Positions 10,225-20,360 are shown, counted from the first letter of the whole stretch. The stretch is DNA of 59,176 bases, filler included, from 7 parts of 7 records of this genome joined end to end with filler, not necessarily neighbours in it, one strand, 5' to 3'. Made by a program: numbers and translations. The notes: generated from the sequence alone by a model not told the origin.

Positions 10225-11289
10225 TTAAGCTTCATTTTTTATACATCTAATTCCATTTGGACCTATACATTGAAAACATGTTGTACATCTTGATTCTTTT
10301 TCCTCTTGCCATCTGCTAACTAAATCTGTGTCAGCTATGAAGGGTCTTGCGAATGATACAGCATCTATATTTTCATATGAAATAAGCTCTTCAGAAACTT
10401 CTTTAGTACGAATACCTCCATGTGCAATTAATGGTATTTTTACTTCTTTTGATATCTCAATAATTTGCTCTTTAAAAAACGGCTTTCCATCATTAAAGTT
10501 TGCAGTTAATAATTTTTCTCCTACATTTCCTCCGGTTAATTCAATTGCATCATAGCCTGTGTCTTCCAATATTTTAATAATCTCTTTACTTTCACTGAAC
10601 TCCAATCCTTTTACATCATCTTTCATAAGGTCATCTATACTTAGTTTAATAAACACCGGGAATTCTTTACCACATTCATCTGCTATAGCTTCTCTTATTT
10701 CAACTAATATTCTTGCTCTGTTTTCAATAGAACCGCCATATTCATCAAGCCTTCTATTATAGAATGGAGATAAAAATTTATTTAATAAAAATCCAAATGA
10801 AGCTTGAAGCTGCACTCCGTCAAAACCAGCTAATTTAGAACGTCTGGCAGCTTGTCTAAATAAATTCACGGTATCTTTAATTTCATTTTTCGTCATTTCC
10901 TTAGGAGTAATTTGTGAAAATCTATCTTGAACAGCTGATGGACCAATCGCTTGATAATTAACTTCCCAAAATACATTTGAACCTCCATGTACAAGTTGTG
11001 CCATTACTTTACTTCCTGCTTCATGAATTGCATTAGCCAGGGTTTTTAATGATTCAATATTTTCATCTTTGAAAATATGCATAGAAGTTTTAAATGCTAA
11101 ATCTTCAGTTATTTCCATTCCGCTTGTAACTATTAATCCAACTTTTTCTTTTGCTAATTCTGTATATAGATCAATCAGTTCCTTAGTAACCTCACCTGTA
11201 AATGTCATATTTTCATGAGTTGCTGAACGGACAAATCTATTTTGCAGCTCAATTCCTCCTAGTAGATTTTTTTCAAATAATGTTTTCAT
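10225..11289 (-). CDS. NADH:flavin oxidoreductase (old yellow enzyme family)
   Basis: NRFVRSATHE, QLVHGG, GFDGVQL..GFLLNKFLSP.YN.R.DEYGGS.ENRAR, C-terminal CTTCFQC. Confidence 0.92.
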   Translation of the reverse strand: MKTLFEKNLLGGIELQNRFVRSATHENMTFTGEVTKELIDLYTELAKEKVGLIVTSGMEITEDLAFKTSMHIFKDENIESLKTLANAIHEAGSKVMAQLVHGGSNVFWEVNYQAIGPSAVQDRFSQITPKEMTKNEIKDTVNLFRQAARRSKLAGFDGVQLQASFGFLLNKFLSPFYNRRLDEYGGSIENRARILVEIREAIADECGKEFPVFIKLSIDDLMKDDVKGLEFSESKEIIKILEDTGYDAIELTGGNVGEKLLTANFNDGKPFFKEQIIEISKEVKIPLIAHGGIRTKEVSEELISYENIDAVSFARPFIADTDLVSRWQEEKESRCTTCFQCIGPNGIRCIKNEA

Positions 11290-11350
11290 TTTTTTCTCCC
11301 TTCTATATTTAATTGTATAATTCTTAAATCGTTAATTATATTTCGTTTTT

Positions 11351-11403
11351 TAGTTCAGTTTTGAACTTAATTTGATTATAGTTCAGTTTTGAACTTTTGT
11401 CAA
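11351..11403 (-). promoter_or_regulatory. Sigma70 promoter with two palindromic operators (probable MarR sites)
   Basis: TTGACA (11403-11398), 17 nt, TATAAT (11380-11375); identical 18-mers TAGTTCAGTTTTGAACTT at 11351-11368 and 11379-11396, each AGTTCA-N4-TGAACT. Confidence 0.85.
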
Positions 11404-11473
11404 TAGCTTATTTTTATGTTTTTTATTCTAACTTTTAAAAACCCTTAATTTTAAAAGGAAAAAAATCAAAAAA

Positions 11474-11511
11474 AAATAATAGCGAGAGTAGATTTACTCT
11501 CACTATTATTT
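11474..11511 (-). terminator. Intrinsic terminator of marR
   Basis: AAATAATAGCGAGAGTA-gatt-TACTCTCACTATTATTT hairpin followed by a T tract on the minus strand. Confidence 0.8.
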
Positions 11512-11532
11512 AAATAGTTCAATTATTGTAAT

Positions 11533-11955
11533 TTATTCATTTGATAGATTGAAATACATTCTCTCTAAAAACTCTGTTAACATAGCTTGTTCTGCATTAC
11601 TAAATGAACTCTTCAGCTTCTCTCCTGCGTTGTTCATCATAGACTTTATAGTACTTTCAACTTCTTTGGCTTTTTCGGTTGATTCAACATAATAGATACG
11701 TTTATCCTCTTCAGACTGATACTTTTTCAAGTATCCTTTTTTTTCTAATGAATTTATCATCTCTGTAACTGTTGATTTTTTCTTACCTAAATTTTTTACT
11801 ATATCTTTGATATTTGCTCTACCATCACTGCTATTTACTAAAAACACTACTCCCATGTGGCTACACTTCATATCAATTTTATTTTTTTTCAACTCATCAT
11901 CCAGCATTTGATATAGTAATTCATATACTCTGGTCATTAAAATTATATCCTTCAT
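11533..11955 (-). CDS. MarR-family transcriptional regulator
   Basis: KSTVTEMINSLEKKGYL...EDKR winged-helix signature, GGAGG RBS. Confidence 0.92.
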   Translation of the reverse strand: MKDIILMTRVYELLYQMLDDELKKNKIDMKCSHMGVVFLVNSSDGRANIKDIVKNLGKKKSTVTEMINSLEKKGYLKKYQSEEDKRIYYVESTEKAKEVESTIKSMMNNAGEKLKSSFSNAEQAMLTEFLERMYFNLSNE

Positions 11956-11988
11956 AAAAACACCTCCAAACCATAGTTATTCTAAAAT

Positions 11989-12040
11989 GATTCAAATATG
12001 AACTTATACTCATTTTATATCAATTAAGTTAATTTGTCAA
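11989..12040 (-). promoter_or_regulatory. marR promoter with a degenerate operator
   Basis: TTGACA (12040-12035), 17 nt, TAAAAT (12017-12012); GATTCA-AATA-TGAACT at 11989-12004. Confidence 0.65.
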
Positions 12041-12055
12041 ATAGCTTATACAAGA

Positions 12056-12180
12056 AAAGCTTCAGCTTACAAAAAAATTAAAGTAAAGCTGAGCTTTTTA
12101 AGAAGTTACAAATTCATACTTTCCCAATGCATAAAAAAGTCTTCAGCTTACAAAAAAATTAAAAATAAGCTAAGCCACTT
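12056..12180. repeat. Two copies of a ~40-bp imperfect palindrome
   Basis: CTTCAGCTTACAAAAAAATTAAA is identical at 12060-12082 and 12141-12163 (period 81); each copy is followed by an AAGCT(G/A)AGC complementary arm. Confidence 0.7.
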
Positions 12181-12280
12181 ATAGCTTCCCGCTTAAATCT
12201 TTATTTAATTTTATTGATTTTCATACATAATTTTCTTATAATAAATTATAAAATACATGAACTTATAAAGGAGATAAAAC

Positions 12281-12802
12281 ATGATACTTTCGGGTAAAGA
12301 GATTAAAAATAAACTTGGCAAAGATATATTTATCGAACCATTTTCTGAGGATCAAATCAATCCTAACAGTTATAATTTAACACTTCATAATGAATTAATG
12401 GTTTATGATGATGATGTGCTTGATATGAAGATCGAAAACAAGACAAGCAATTTGGTAATCCCACCTGAAGGACTTCTGCTTGAACCGGGAAAACTATATC
12501 TGGGAAGAACTGTAGAACACACTAGAACAGAAACATATGTGCCAATGCTAGAGGGAAGATCATCTATTGGTAGACTGGGGTTATTTATCCATGTAACAGC
12601 TGGATTCGGTGACGTTGGATTTAACGGGTTCTGGACTCTGGAAATATTCTGTGTACAACCAATCAGAATCTATCCTAATGTAGAGATTTGCCAGATCTAC
12701 TACCATAGCATCGAGGGAGATTATGATAAATACAAAAGTGGAAAATATCAGGGAAATAACGGAATTCAGAAAAGTTTATTATATAAGGATTTCCAAAAAT
12801 AA
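12281..12802 (+). CDS. dcd: dCTP deaminase
   Basis: MILSGKEI, NPNSYNL, EGRSSIGRLGL, TAGFGDVGF.G..TLE, EICQI, C-terminal KYQG. Confidence 0.93.
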   Translation: MILSGKEIKNKLGKDIFIEPFSEDQINPNSYNLTLHNELMVYDDDVLDMKIENKTSNLVIPPEGLLLEPGKLYLGRTVEHTRTETYVPMLEGRSSIGRLGLFIHVTAGFGDVGFNGFWTLEIFCVQPIRIYPNVEICQIYYHSIEGDYDKYKSGKYQGNNGIQKSLLYKDFQK

Positions 12803-12812
12803 AATATAAAAT

Positions 12813-12853
12813 AAAACACCAGCTTTTAAAATATAGAAGCTGGTGTTCTTTTT
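12813..12853. terminator. Bidirectional intrinsic terminator
   Basis: AACACCAGCTT...AAGCTGGTGTT with A and T tracts, between convergent genes. Confidence 0.8.
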
Positions 12854-12872
12854 ATTTATAAATAATTATAGT

Positions 12873-13670
12873 TTAAAGCATCATGAAACAAGTAAAAGCA
12901 TTATAGATATTTAGAATTATCATTAATAGCAATGCAATTGAAAAGATCGTTCTGATTTTTTTATTAGGTAGTTTTTTATTAAGACCACTTCCAATAAAAC
13001 CGCCAGCTATCCCTCCGGGAATCATAAATACAAGCATTGATAAATCATAACCTGCAAACCCGCTTTCAATTGCAATATATAGAAGTTTTGCTGATTGCGA
13101 AAAAAGAATTATCAACAGTGAATGAACAGCTGCAAATTTTGCACTCATTCTAAAAAATATCGTTAATACCGCTACATTTATCACCCCTCCTCCAATACCA
13201 AGGAAAGATGCAACAATACCTAAAATCATTCCAATTACAAAAACAAAAGGCATATTTTTAATATTCGATCTAGGAAGCTTGATTATATTCGTATAAATCA
13301 GTAAAACAGTTATTAAAAGAGTCGCTAAAACTATTGCCTGAACTAATGAAACCATCGCCTCTTTATTAGCAAATAACACGAAATATTTAAATATAGCTTT
13401 TCCTAATACTCCACCAACAATTGATCCCAGTGCCAGAGCACTTGTTCGTTTTCCATCAAATTTCATTCCAGATTTGGCTTGTCTAATTGTAGAAACAACA
13501 GTCATGGAAAAGACTGTAAATGATGATAATACTCCAATAGTTGCCACATCATAGTGTTTCAAAGTATCAAGAACAGGTTTTATTATAATTCCCCCACCTA
13601 AACCAGCCATTGCTCCAAATGTGGTAGCAAGTATTCCAACTAAAAAATAGATAATTCCATTGATCAACAT
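12873..13670 (-). CDS. TSUP (TauE/SafE) family transporter
   Basis: Two G-x-GGG repeats (GLGGGIIIKP, GIGGGVIN), about 8 TM segments; AGGAG RBS supports ATG at 13670. Confidence 0.88.
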   Translation of the reverse strand: MLINGIIYFLVGILATTFGAMAGLGGGIIIKPVLDTLKHYDVATIGVLSSFTVFSMTVVSTIRQAKSGMKFDGKRTSALALGSIVGGVLGKAIFKYFVLFANKEAMVSLVQAIVLATLLITVLLIYTNIIKLPRSNIKNMPFVFVIGMILGIVASFLGIGGGVINVAVLTIFFRMSAKFAAVHSLLIILFSQSAKLLYIAIESGFAGYDLSMLVFMIPGGIAGGFIGSGLNKKLPNKKIRTIFSIALLLMIILNIYNAFTCFMML

Positions 13671-13741
13671 GTCGGCTCCTTTTATTCTCATGGGAATACT
13701 TAACAATAAGCAAACTCACTAAAAATAAATATTAGTATATT

Positions 13742-14245
13742 TTATATAAGTTTTTCAAATGCTATTCTCGGACTTCCATCCTCTAATTTTATATCACCAC
13801 ATTGAGTATAATCATTTTTGATTAATAAACTCTGCATCGATTTATTATCATTATGTGTATCAACTTTGATACTGTGAATGTTCTTTTCAAGACATTGCTC
13901 TTCAACAGCTTTTAGTATCTTAGAAGCTATCCCTTGTCCCTTCTTATCAGTATCAACAACTACTCTGTGTATAACTGCATATGGCTGAATGCTAAGCCAT
14001 TCTCCATTATAAATTTTATTGTAAGTTGCTTCTTCAGCAAAGGATATAGCAGCAGACGCAACTATTTGCCCTTCTATTTCCAATACATAACTTTCATCTT
14101 TTTTGATATCATTTTCAATAACACTATCATCAGGATAACCGTTTTGCCATTGATCTATATTATTTGCTCCCAAATATTCCTGAGCTTGTTTTATCATTTT
14201 CATAATTTGCTTTACATCATTTACTGTACTTCTTCTCAAATGCAT
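13742..14245 (-). CDS. GNAT family N-acetyltransferase
   Basis: IDQWQNGYP, KKGQGIA acetyl-CoA motif, VDTHNDNKSMQ; RBS supports ATG at 14245. Confidence 0.9.
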   Translation of the reverse strand: MHLRRSTVNDVKQIMKMIKQAQEYLGANNIDQWQNGYPDDSVIENDIKKDESYVLEIEGQIVASAAISFAEEATYNKIYNGEWLSIQPYAVIHRVVVDTDKKGQGIASKILKAVEEQCLEKNIHSIKVDTHNDNKSMQSLLIKNDYTQCGDIKLEDGSPRIAFEKLI

Positions 14246-14328
14246 ACTAACCCTCCCAAATATTTGATACATATAATATAGCACTATTCTCTAATCACTG
14301 CAATATCTCTTCTATTTACTCAAAACTT

Positions 14329-15684
14329 TTACATTGGTAATTTATGAAGAATAATCGTAAACAGAACCATTCCAAGCAATGCAAAAGGATATGTCGCTCC
14401 ATAACCTGCTGCAGGATCATCATTTCCTATTGCATCAATTGCTGCTCCAAGTCCGGGAGTTGATGTCATCCCACCACATATTGCACCTGATAAGAGTATC
14501 CAGTTTATTTTAAACACATATCTTCCTATTAAAAAACCCACGAGCATAGAAAACATTCCAACTACTAATGCTGTGAGTGCCAAGTATAAACCCGATCCGG
14601 CTAAACTTTCAATTACTGCATAACCATATCTAAGTCCCACAACTGCTAAGAAAAAACACAGTCCAAACTCTCTTATTGCACTTAAAATCTTTTTATTCAT
14701 GTTGAAGTTTAATTTCCCTATCTTGCCTATATATCCGAGAGTTAAAGAACTAACCAGCACTCCTCCTGTTGAACCTAATCCAAAATATCCTAATGGTCCC
14801 AAGTATATTTTGAATCTCCCCAATAGATAACCGGCTCCACACGCCACACAGTAGGCTGCGATATCAAAGGCAAGTGCATCTTCATCAACTGATTTTGTCT
14901 TAGCTTCATTCATCTCTTTATTAAATTCAGAATACTCATCTTCAATATTTAATCTAAATATAATCGGAAATAATCGCATAGCAAGTATCACTATGATTAC
15001 TCCAAAAGGATAACCGACTGCATAACCAAGCCCTACTCCCGATTCAGATTTAATTATAAATTGTTCTATCTCCTGTTGATTTAAACTTTCCTGTTTTTCT
15101 TTTCCAAGTATTTTTGATATTCTTTCTTGCTCCCTATCATTTAAATCATCATAATTTTCCGACCATTCTTTTGCATGTTCCCTTGCTGTCTCTATAGCTG
15201 CTGCAAGCCCCGGTGAACTTGTAAGTGCACCTGTGTAAACTCCCGACACTTCATAGGGATTCGTATTATCACTTATTTTTGTCATTAGATATGTCAATCC
15301 TGCTCCACAGGAAGTAACTATAAATCCTAATAAAATAAATTTAAAGCCATATTTTTTTATTACAAATCCTACTTTTTCAGCTGTTAAGAGTCCAACAGAG
15401 GAAACGAACATTATTAAAAACAGAAGAAAAAAATTCTTATCAATTACATTTCTCTCTATTAATTGTTCTGTAATTTTTATATGGGATTCATTAATCAAGA
15501 TATTACTTTTTGCAAGCTTCATCACTCCCCAACCTATAGAGAGTCCCACAAACACAACTCCTGACGAGCCAATTTTTAATATCCTCCCTAACCACAATCC
15601 GATAATTACAGTTAAAAACATCAACATAAATTGATTCATCAAAAGTGAAATCAAATCAAACTTTATCATTACTTTTCCTTTCAA
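14329..15684 (-). CDS. AspT/YidE/YbjL-family antiporter (duplicated membrane domain, no TrkA-C domains)
   Basis: Two copies of the G..TS.PGL.AA...GY...YPF motif. Confidence 0.85.
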   Translation of the reverse strand: MKGKVMIKFDLISLLMNQFMLMFLTVIIGLWLGRILKIGSSGVVFVGLSIGWGVMKLAKSNILINESHIKITEQLIERNVIDKNFFLLFLIMFVSSVGLLTAEKVGFVIKKYGFKFILLGFIVTSCGAGLTYLMTKISDNTNPYEVSGVYTGALTSSPGLAAAIETAREHAKEWSENYDDLNDREQERISKILGKEKQESLNQQEIEQFIIKSESGVGLGYAVGYPFGVIIVILAMRLFPIIFRLNIEDEYSEFNKEMNEAKTKSVDEDALAFDIAAYCVACGAGYLLGRFKIYLGPLGYFGLGSTGGVLVSSLTLGYIGKIGKLNFNMNKKILSAIREFGLCFFLAVVGLRYGYAVIESLAGSGLYLALTALVVGMFSMLVGFLIGRYVFKINWILLSGAICGGMTSTPGLGAAIDAIGNDDPAAGYGATYPFALLGMVLFTIILHKLPM

Positions 15685-15842
15685 ATCAAATATTCTATTC
15701 CTAAATAGTATAAATCTTTTCCTGTAAATAACAAAATCTTTTTTTATTTTTTAAGCTCTTGTCAGATACTAATAAAAATATTATAGAAAAAATCCATAAA
15801 ATAAGATAAAATAAAGAAAATAAATAGTCAAGGAGTAGCAAA

Positions 15843-16037
15843 TTGAAAGTATCAAGAGGAAGAATCCAAAAAGCTGAACGTGAATATGCCAATCTTAAAA
15901 AGAAAACGGTTGTAATAACAACAGACCGAACTACTTGGAAAATTATAGATATTAAAACTAATAGATGTATTGCGAAATATCGATCTTTTCTTGAGATTGA
16001 GAATTTTATCAGGGATAAAAATAAAAAGAGAAAATAA
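15843..16037 (+). CDS. Small basic hypothetical protein
   Basis: AGGAG RBS before TTG, 64 aa, followed by a terminator. Confidence 0.5.
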   Translation: MKVSRGRIQKAEREYANLKKKTVVITTDRTTWKIIDIKTNRCIAKYRSFLEIENFIRDKNKKRK

Positions 16038-16081
16038 TAAAAGAGAGAGCAGGATTTTTTTCCTAATCTCTCTCTTTTTTT
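16037..16081. terminator. Bidirectional terminator
   Basis: AAAAGAGAGAG...CTCTCTCTTTTT. Confidence 0.7.
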
Positions 16082-16100
16082 AGTTTTCCCTCTATTTCTT

Positions 16101-17198
16101 TTACTCTTTCATTATATTAAATATATTTAAATTACCTGATCTCAACTCATCATTATTCTCTTCTAATATTCTATTAAAATCTATCTTACTAAAGTTTTCC
16201 TCATGCAAAATTCTTTCATATTTGGCAATATTTTTTTTATTAATTATACCCATTTTTGTTTGAATCGGATAGAGTTCTGAAAGAGAAGCGGCAGAATCTC
16301 CATCTGCATGATTTTTAATAAACATTAAGACATTTGCTCCTTCGAGAAAGTGACCTCCCATGCTTAAAGCCATCTTATTATTTTTTATAGCTTCAAGTCC
16401 GGCTTCAGTCCAATCTATTCCACCTACCAGATAATCATCTCCAGCAGTTTTTCCCAAACGCTCACAAGCTTTTATAACTCCCAAAGCTATTGAATCGCTC
16501 GCTGTCCAAAATATTGACAGATCAGGATAACGATTGTATAGACTGGGAACCATCTGCTCAGCTTTTTTTGCATCCCAATATGTATAAAATAACTGATCTA
16601 TTACTGCATCTTTAGATTCAAGTACAGCTTTTTTAAGTCCCATGTTTCTATCATTTGACACATCTGAATCTCTAGAGCCGGTTAAGGCTGCAATATGTAT
16701 TTTACCATCTTTAGCTCTTAGATTTTTTCTGTCTGCTTCTTCAATCAAAGCTTTCGCAAGTTGATATCCTGCATCAAAATCATCAGGGTAAATATGTCCT
16801 ATCCAATGCTTAAATCTTTCTTCTACTTTACCAACCTTTATCTTCTCATCTTCTGAGATATCACCATTAAATAAAAAAGTATATACTCCATTTTTTTCTG
16901 CTAGTTTTAGCATTTTTTCACCAATTTGGTTTGGGTACAGGTAAATTAAATAATCTGGTTTATTTAGCGATTCAAGCTCTTTCTCTAATATCTTCAAAGT
17001 TTCAAATCTAAAAGAGTTTGTTGGATACAAAACTCTTAGATCTACATCAAGCTGTTCTGCTGTTATTTTCATATAACTCGTCACTTTATCCCAGAACGGA
17101 TTGCCGGGACTATTTGGACTAATAAATGTAACTTTAGGGTTTCCAGAGTAAACGGTAAAACTAATGAAAATATAAAAAATACACAATAACTTCTTCAT
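16101..17198 (-). CDS. Periplasmic binding protein type 1 (sugar-binding/LacI-like fold), orphan
   Basis: Signal peptide, NPFWDKV, PDDFDAGY, DRNMGL, WTASDSIALG, VGGIDW, MGGHF. Confidence 0.82.
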   Translation of the reverse strand: MKKLLCIFYIFISFTVYSGNPKVTFISPNSPGNPFWDKVTSYMKITAEQLDVDLRVLYPTNSFRFETLKILEKELESLNKPDYLIYLYPNQIGEKMLKLAEKNGVYTFLFNGDISEDEKIKVGKVEERFKHWIGHIYPDDFDAGYQLAKALIEEADRKNLRAKDGKIHIAALTGSRDSDVSNDRNMGLKKAVLESKDAVIDQLFYTYWDAKKAEQMVPSLYNRYPDLSIFWTASDSIALGVIKACERLGKTAGDDYLVGGIDWTEAGLEAIKNNKMALSMGGHFLEGANVLMFIKNHADGDSAASLSELYPIQTKMGIINKKNIAKYERILHEENFSKIDFNRILEENNDELRSGNLNIFNIMKE

Positions 17199-17390
17199 TT
17201 CATTCTCCTCTAAAATAATGATTTTTATTTCTATTATAATTATATAATTGAAAACATTTAATTATAAGTAACATTTTTTTGGATTAAGTCTCTAATGTTT
17301 GAAAATATATCTTTTTGTTCTTTATTAACTATTAATAACTTCAAAAAAAACAAAAGAGCGAAAAATCGCCCTCTGATTTAAAAATTATTA

Positions 17391-18182
17391 CTAATAATAC
17401 TCTTCAAAAAATTCATCTATTATCTGATCATATCTACCGGAGGTTTTCAGCTCTCTCAAGCCCTCTTTTAGCTTGATTTTTAAACTATCAGCTCCCTCTA
17501 CATTTTGCGATAACATTATATAACTATTTATATAAGAGAACGGACTTAAGTCATTTTCAAATAACTCTTTCTGTTCAGGAAAATCTCTTTTTATCAGATT
17601 AACCACAACTCTATAACTTGCAAGATAGGCGTCAATTTCACCGGATAAAATTTTAGCTAAATTCATACTTTCTGTATCTGATTCGATAAAGCTTAATCCT
17701 AAATGATTATAGTATTCAGTTTGATAATAACCTTTAGTTGCGCCGAATCTATATTTTTTGAGGTCATCAAAACTACTCCATTTGAAATTTGTCCCTTTTT
17801 TATAAAAGAAAACATAGTCTTCCTGAAAAAAAGGCTCATCAACAAATAAAAAACTCTGTTCTCTTTCACTTGTTTTCACCCACGGAAAAGTAAGGTGTGT
17901 TTCCCCCGCTAAAGTTTTTTCATATGCTTCTCCCCACGACATATACACTGTCTCATACTCTAACCCCTTTAGTTCAAATAATTCTGCAATGATTCGTTCC
18001 ATTAAATTCTCTTTAGTTGTTTTTGAGATATATGGCCGCCATTCACCTAAAGCAATTTTTATTATTTCCTGCTTTATCTTTTCTTCTTCTATTTTTTCTT
18101 TTTTTATTTCTCCTATAGAATAGATTCTTAATGAAAGTAAGACAAATAATATCCCTATTTTTATTCCTGTTTTTACACTCAT
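17391..18182 (-). CDS. Solute-binding protein family 3 (amino-acid type), orphan
   Basis: GEWRPY, KTSEREQSF, GATKGY, LRELKTSGRYDQI. Confidence 0.82.
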   Translation of the reverse strand: MSVKTGIKIGILFVLLSLRIYSIGEIKKEKIEEEKIKQEIIKIALGEWRPYISKTTKENLMERIIAELFELKGLEYETVYMSWGEAYEKTLAGETHLTFPWVKTSEREQSFLFVDEPFFQEDYVFFYKKGTNFKWSSFDDLKKYRFGATKGYYQTEYYNHLGLSFIESDTESMNLAKILSGEIDAYLASYRVVVNLIKRDFPEQKELFENDLSPFSYINSYIMLSQNVEGADSLKIKLKEGLRELKTSGRYDQIIDEFFEEYY

Positions 18183-18405
18183 AATATATCACCTCTTAAT
18201 TTTCCCCTATATTAAATTATATCCCAAAATATATATTTCTTAAACTTTTTTAATCTTTTTTTATTCTTTTTTTATTCATTTTATAACGCAATAATTTATT
18301 ATTATTTTTCTAAAGAATTTTTATTTAAAATAAAGAGGAAATCCTCACTTTTTGCAAATACTATTATGGACCTAAATTAAATAAAATATAAGGAGGAATA
18401 AATCT

Positions 18406-19905
18406 ATGTCTATGTTTTGTTATCAATGTCAAGAAGCAGCGCAAGGTACTGGCTGTACAGTTCAAGGTGTCTGTGGAAAAAAAGAAAAAACGGCTAAATT
18501 ACAGGATTTATTAATTTTTACTGCAAAAGGAGTAGCTGTATACAGTTCTTTACTTAGAAAAAATGGTGTAATTTATGATAAAGTAAATTATTTCCTTTTA
18601 GACGCATTATTCACAACAATAACAAACGCTAATTTTAATGATGAAACTATTTTTGAAAAAGTCGGTGTAGGTTGCGAGCTGAGAAATGAGCTTCGTGATG
18701 AACTGCTTGAAAAAAACATAGAACTTGATCCTAAATTTGAAGATACTCTGTTAACAACTCTTACGTATGAATATCATGAACAAGATGGTGCCATGATGGA
18801 AGCAGCAGAAAAAGTTGGAGTCCTTAGTACGGAAAATGAAGATGTTAGAAGTTTAAGAGAACTTATTATTTATGGTTTAAAAGGTTTATCTGCTTATGCT
18901 GAGCATGCTAATAGACTTGGTAAAGAGAATCCTGATATATATGCATTTATGGAAAAAGCTCTTATAGCAACTGAAGACGATAGTCTAAGTGTTGATGATT
19001 TAGTTGGCTTAACTCTTGAAACTGGTAAATTTGGCGTGGAAGGAATGGCATTATTAGATGGTGCTAACACATCAGCTTATGGTAATCCTGAAATCACAAA
19101 AGTAAATATTGGTGTTAAAAATAATCCCGGAATCCTTATCTCAGGGCATGATCTAAAAGATTTAGAGATGTTACTTGAACAAACAAAAGGAACTGGAGTA
19201 GATGTATATACTCATAGTGAAATGTTACCTGGTCACTATTATCCAGCATTTAAAAAATATGACAATTTCGTAGGAAACTACGGTGGATCATGGTGGCATC
19301 AATTAGATGAGTTCCCTGCATTTAACGGACCTATCTTATTTACAAGTAACTGTATAGTTCCACCTAGAAAAGATGTAGAAAAATGTGTAGAGATGATCTA
19401 TACTACAAATTCAGCTGGTTTAACTGGCTCTAAGCACATTACTGGTGATGAAAAAGGACATAAAGATTTCTCTGAAATCATCGAGCATGCTAAAAAATGT
19501 TCAGCTCCTACTCAATTAGAAGAGGGGGAAATCGTTGGTGGATTCGCTCATAATCAAGTACTTGCATTAGCTGACAAGGTTATAGATGCTGTTAAATCAG
19601 GCGCTATTAAAAAATTCGTTGTAATGGCTGGTTGTGACGCTAGAATGGCTAGTAGAAAATATTATACTGAATTTGCTGAAGCTCTTCCAAAAGAAGCTGT
19701 AATTCTAACAGCCGGATGTGCTAAATTTAGATATAACAAACTTGATCTTGGTGATATAGGTGGTATCCCTAGAGTTTTAGATGCCGGACAGTGTAATGAT
19801 TCATACTCATTAGCTGTTATAGCTCTTAAACTTAAAGAGGTATTTGGACTTGAAGATATTAATGAACTACCAATTGCATATAATATCGCATGGTATGAGC
19901 AAAAA
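18406..19905 (+). CDS. hcp: Hybrid cluster protein (hydroxylamine reductase), truncated
   Basis: MFCYQCQE...[37 protein letters not shown]. Confidence 0.97.
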
Positions 19906-20005
19906 NNNNNNNNNNNNNNNNNNNNNNNNNNNNNNNNNNNNNNNNNNNNTTAATTAATTAANNNNNNNNNNNNNNNNNNNNNNNNNNNNNNNNNNNNNNN
20001 NNNNN
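19906..20005. other. Artificial contig spacer
   Basis: N run with linker. Confidence 0.98.
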
Positions 20006-20006
20006 G

Positions 20007-20360
20007 CGACTCTGCCGCCGGGCCTGCCTTGATCCGGAAGAGATTATCTGCGTCTGCACCCTGACGCAGGCCAAGGAAGTCGCTGCAGCCATATTGAAAG
20101 GTGCGAAAACGCCGGAAGAAATCACCCTGAAAACCGGAATCCGCAGCGCCTGCGCCATGTGGTGCGCCGGGCCGATATTCAGACTGTTAAACGCGGCTGA
20201 TGTTGATCTGCCCGAAGCTGATAACTACAGATGGTACAACATCAAAACCAACCTGTGGAACACCCCCGAGAAAGCGGCTGAGAAGTACCCTGAATACCGT
20301 TGCGAGGAAGACAAGGAGTTATACCGGAAGGGGATTTTTCATAACCTGATCAACCACTGA
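20007..20360 (+). CDS. BFD-like [2Fe-2S]-binding protein, 5' truncated
   Basis: Frame is open from the contig edge: RLCRRACLDPEEIICVCTLTQAKEVAAAILKGAKTPEEITLKTGIRSACAMWC, a CxC...CxxxC BFD pattern. Confidence 0.8.
   Translation, partial: RLCRRACLDPEEIICVCTLTQAKEVAAAILKGAKTPEEITLKTGIRSACAMWCAGPIFRLLNAADVDLPEADNYRWYNIKTNLWNTPEKAAEKYPEYRCEEDKELYRKGIFHNLINH

Noticed and set aside
12056-12180. Possible mini CRISPR array
   Set aside because: Only two copies, an 81-nt period, a poly-A core and no cas genes.
15701-15892. 63-aa hydrophobic minus-strand ORF as a toxin or membrane peptide
   Set aside because: Low-complexity translation of an A-rich tract, overlapping a better-supported plus-strand ORF.
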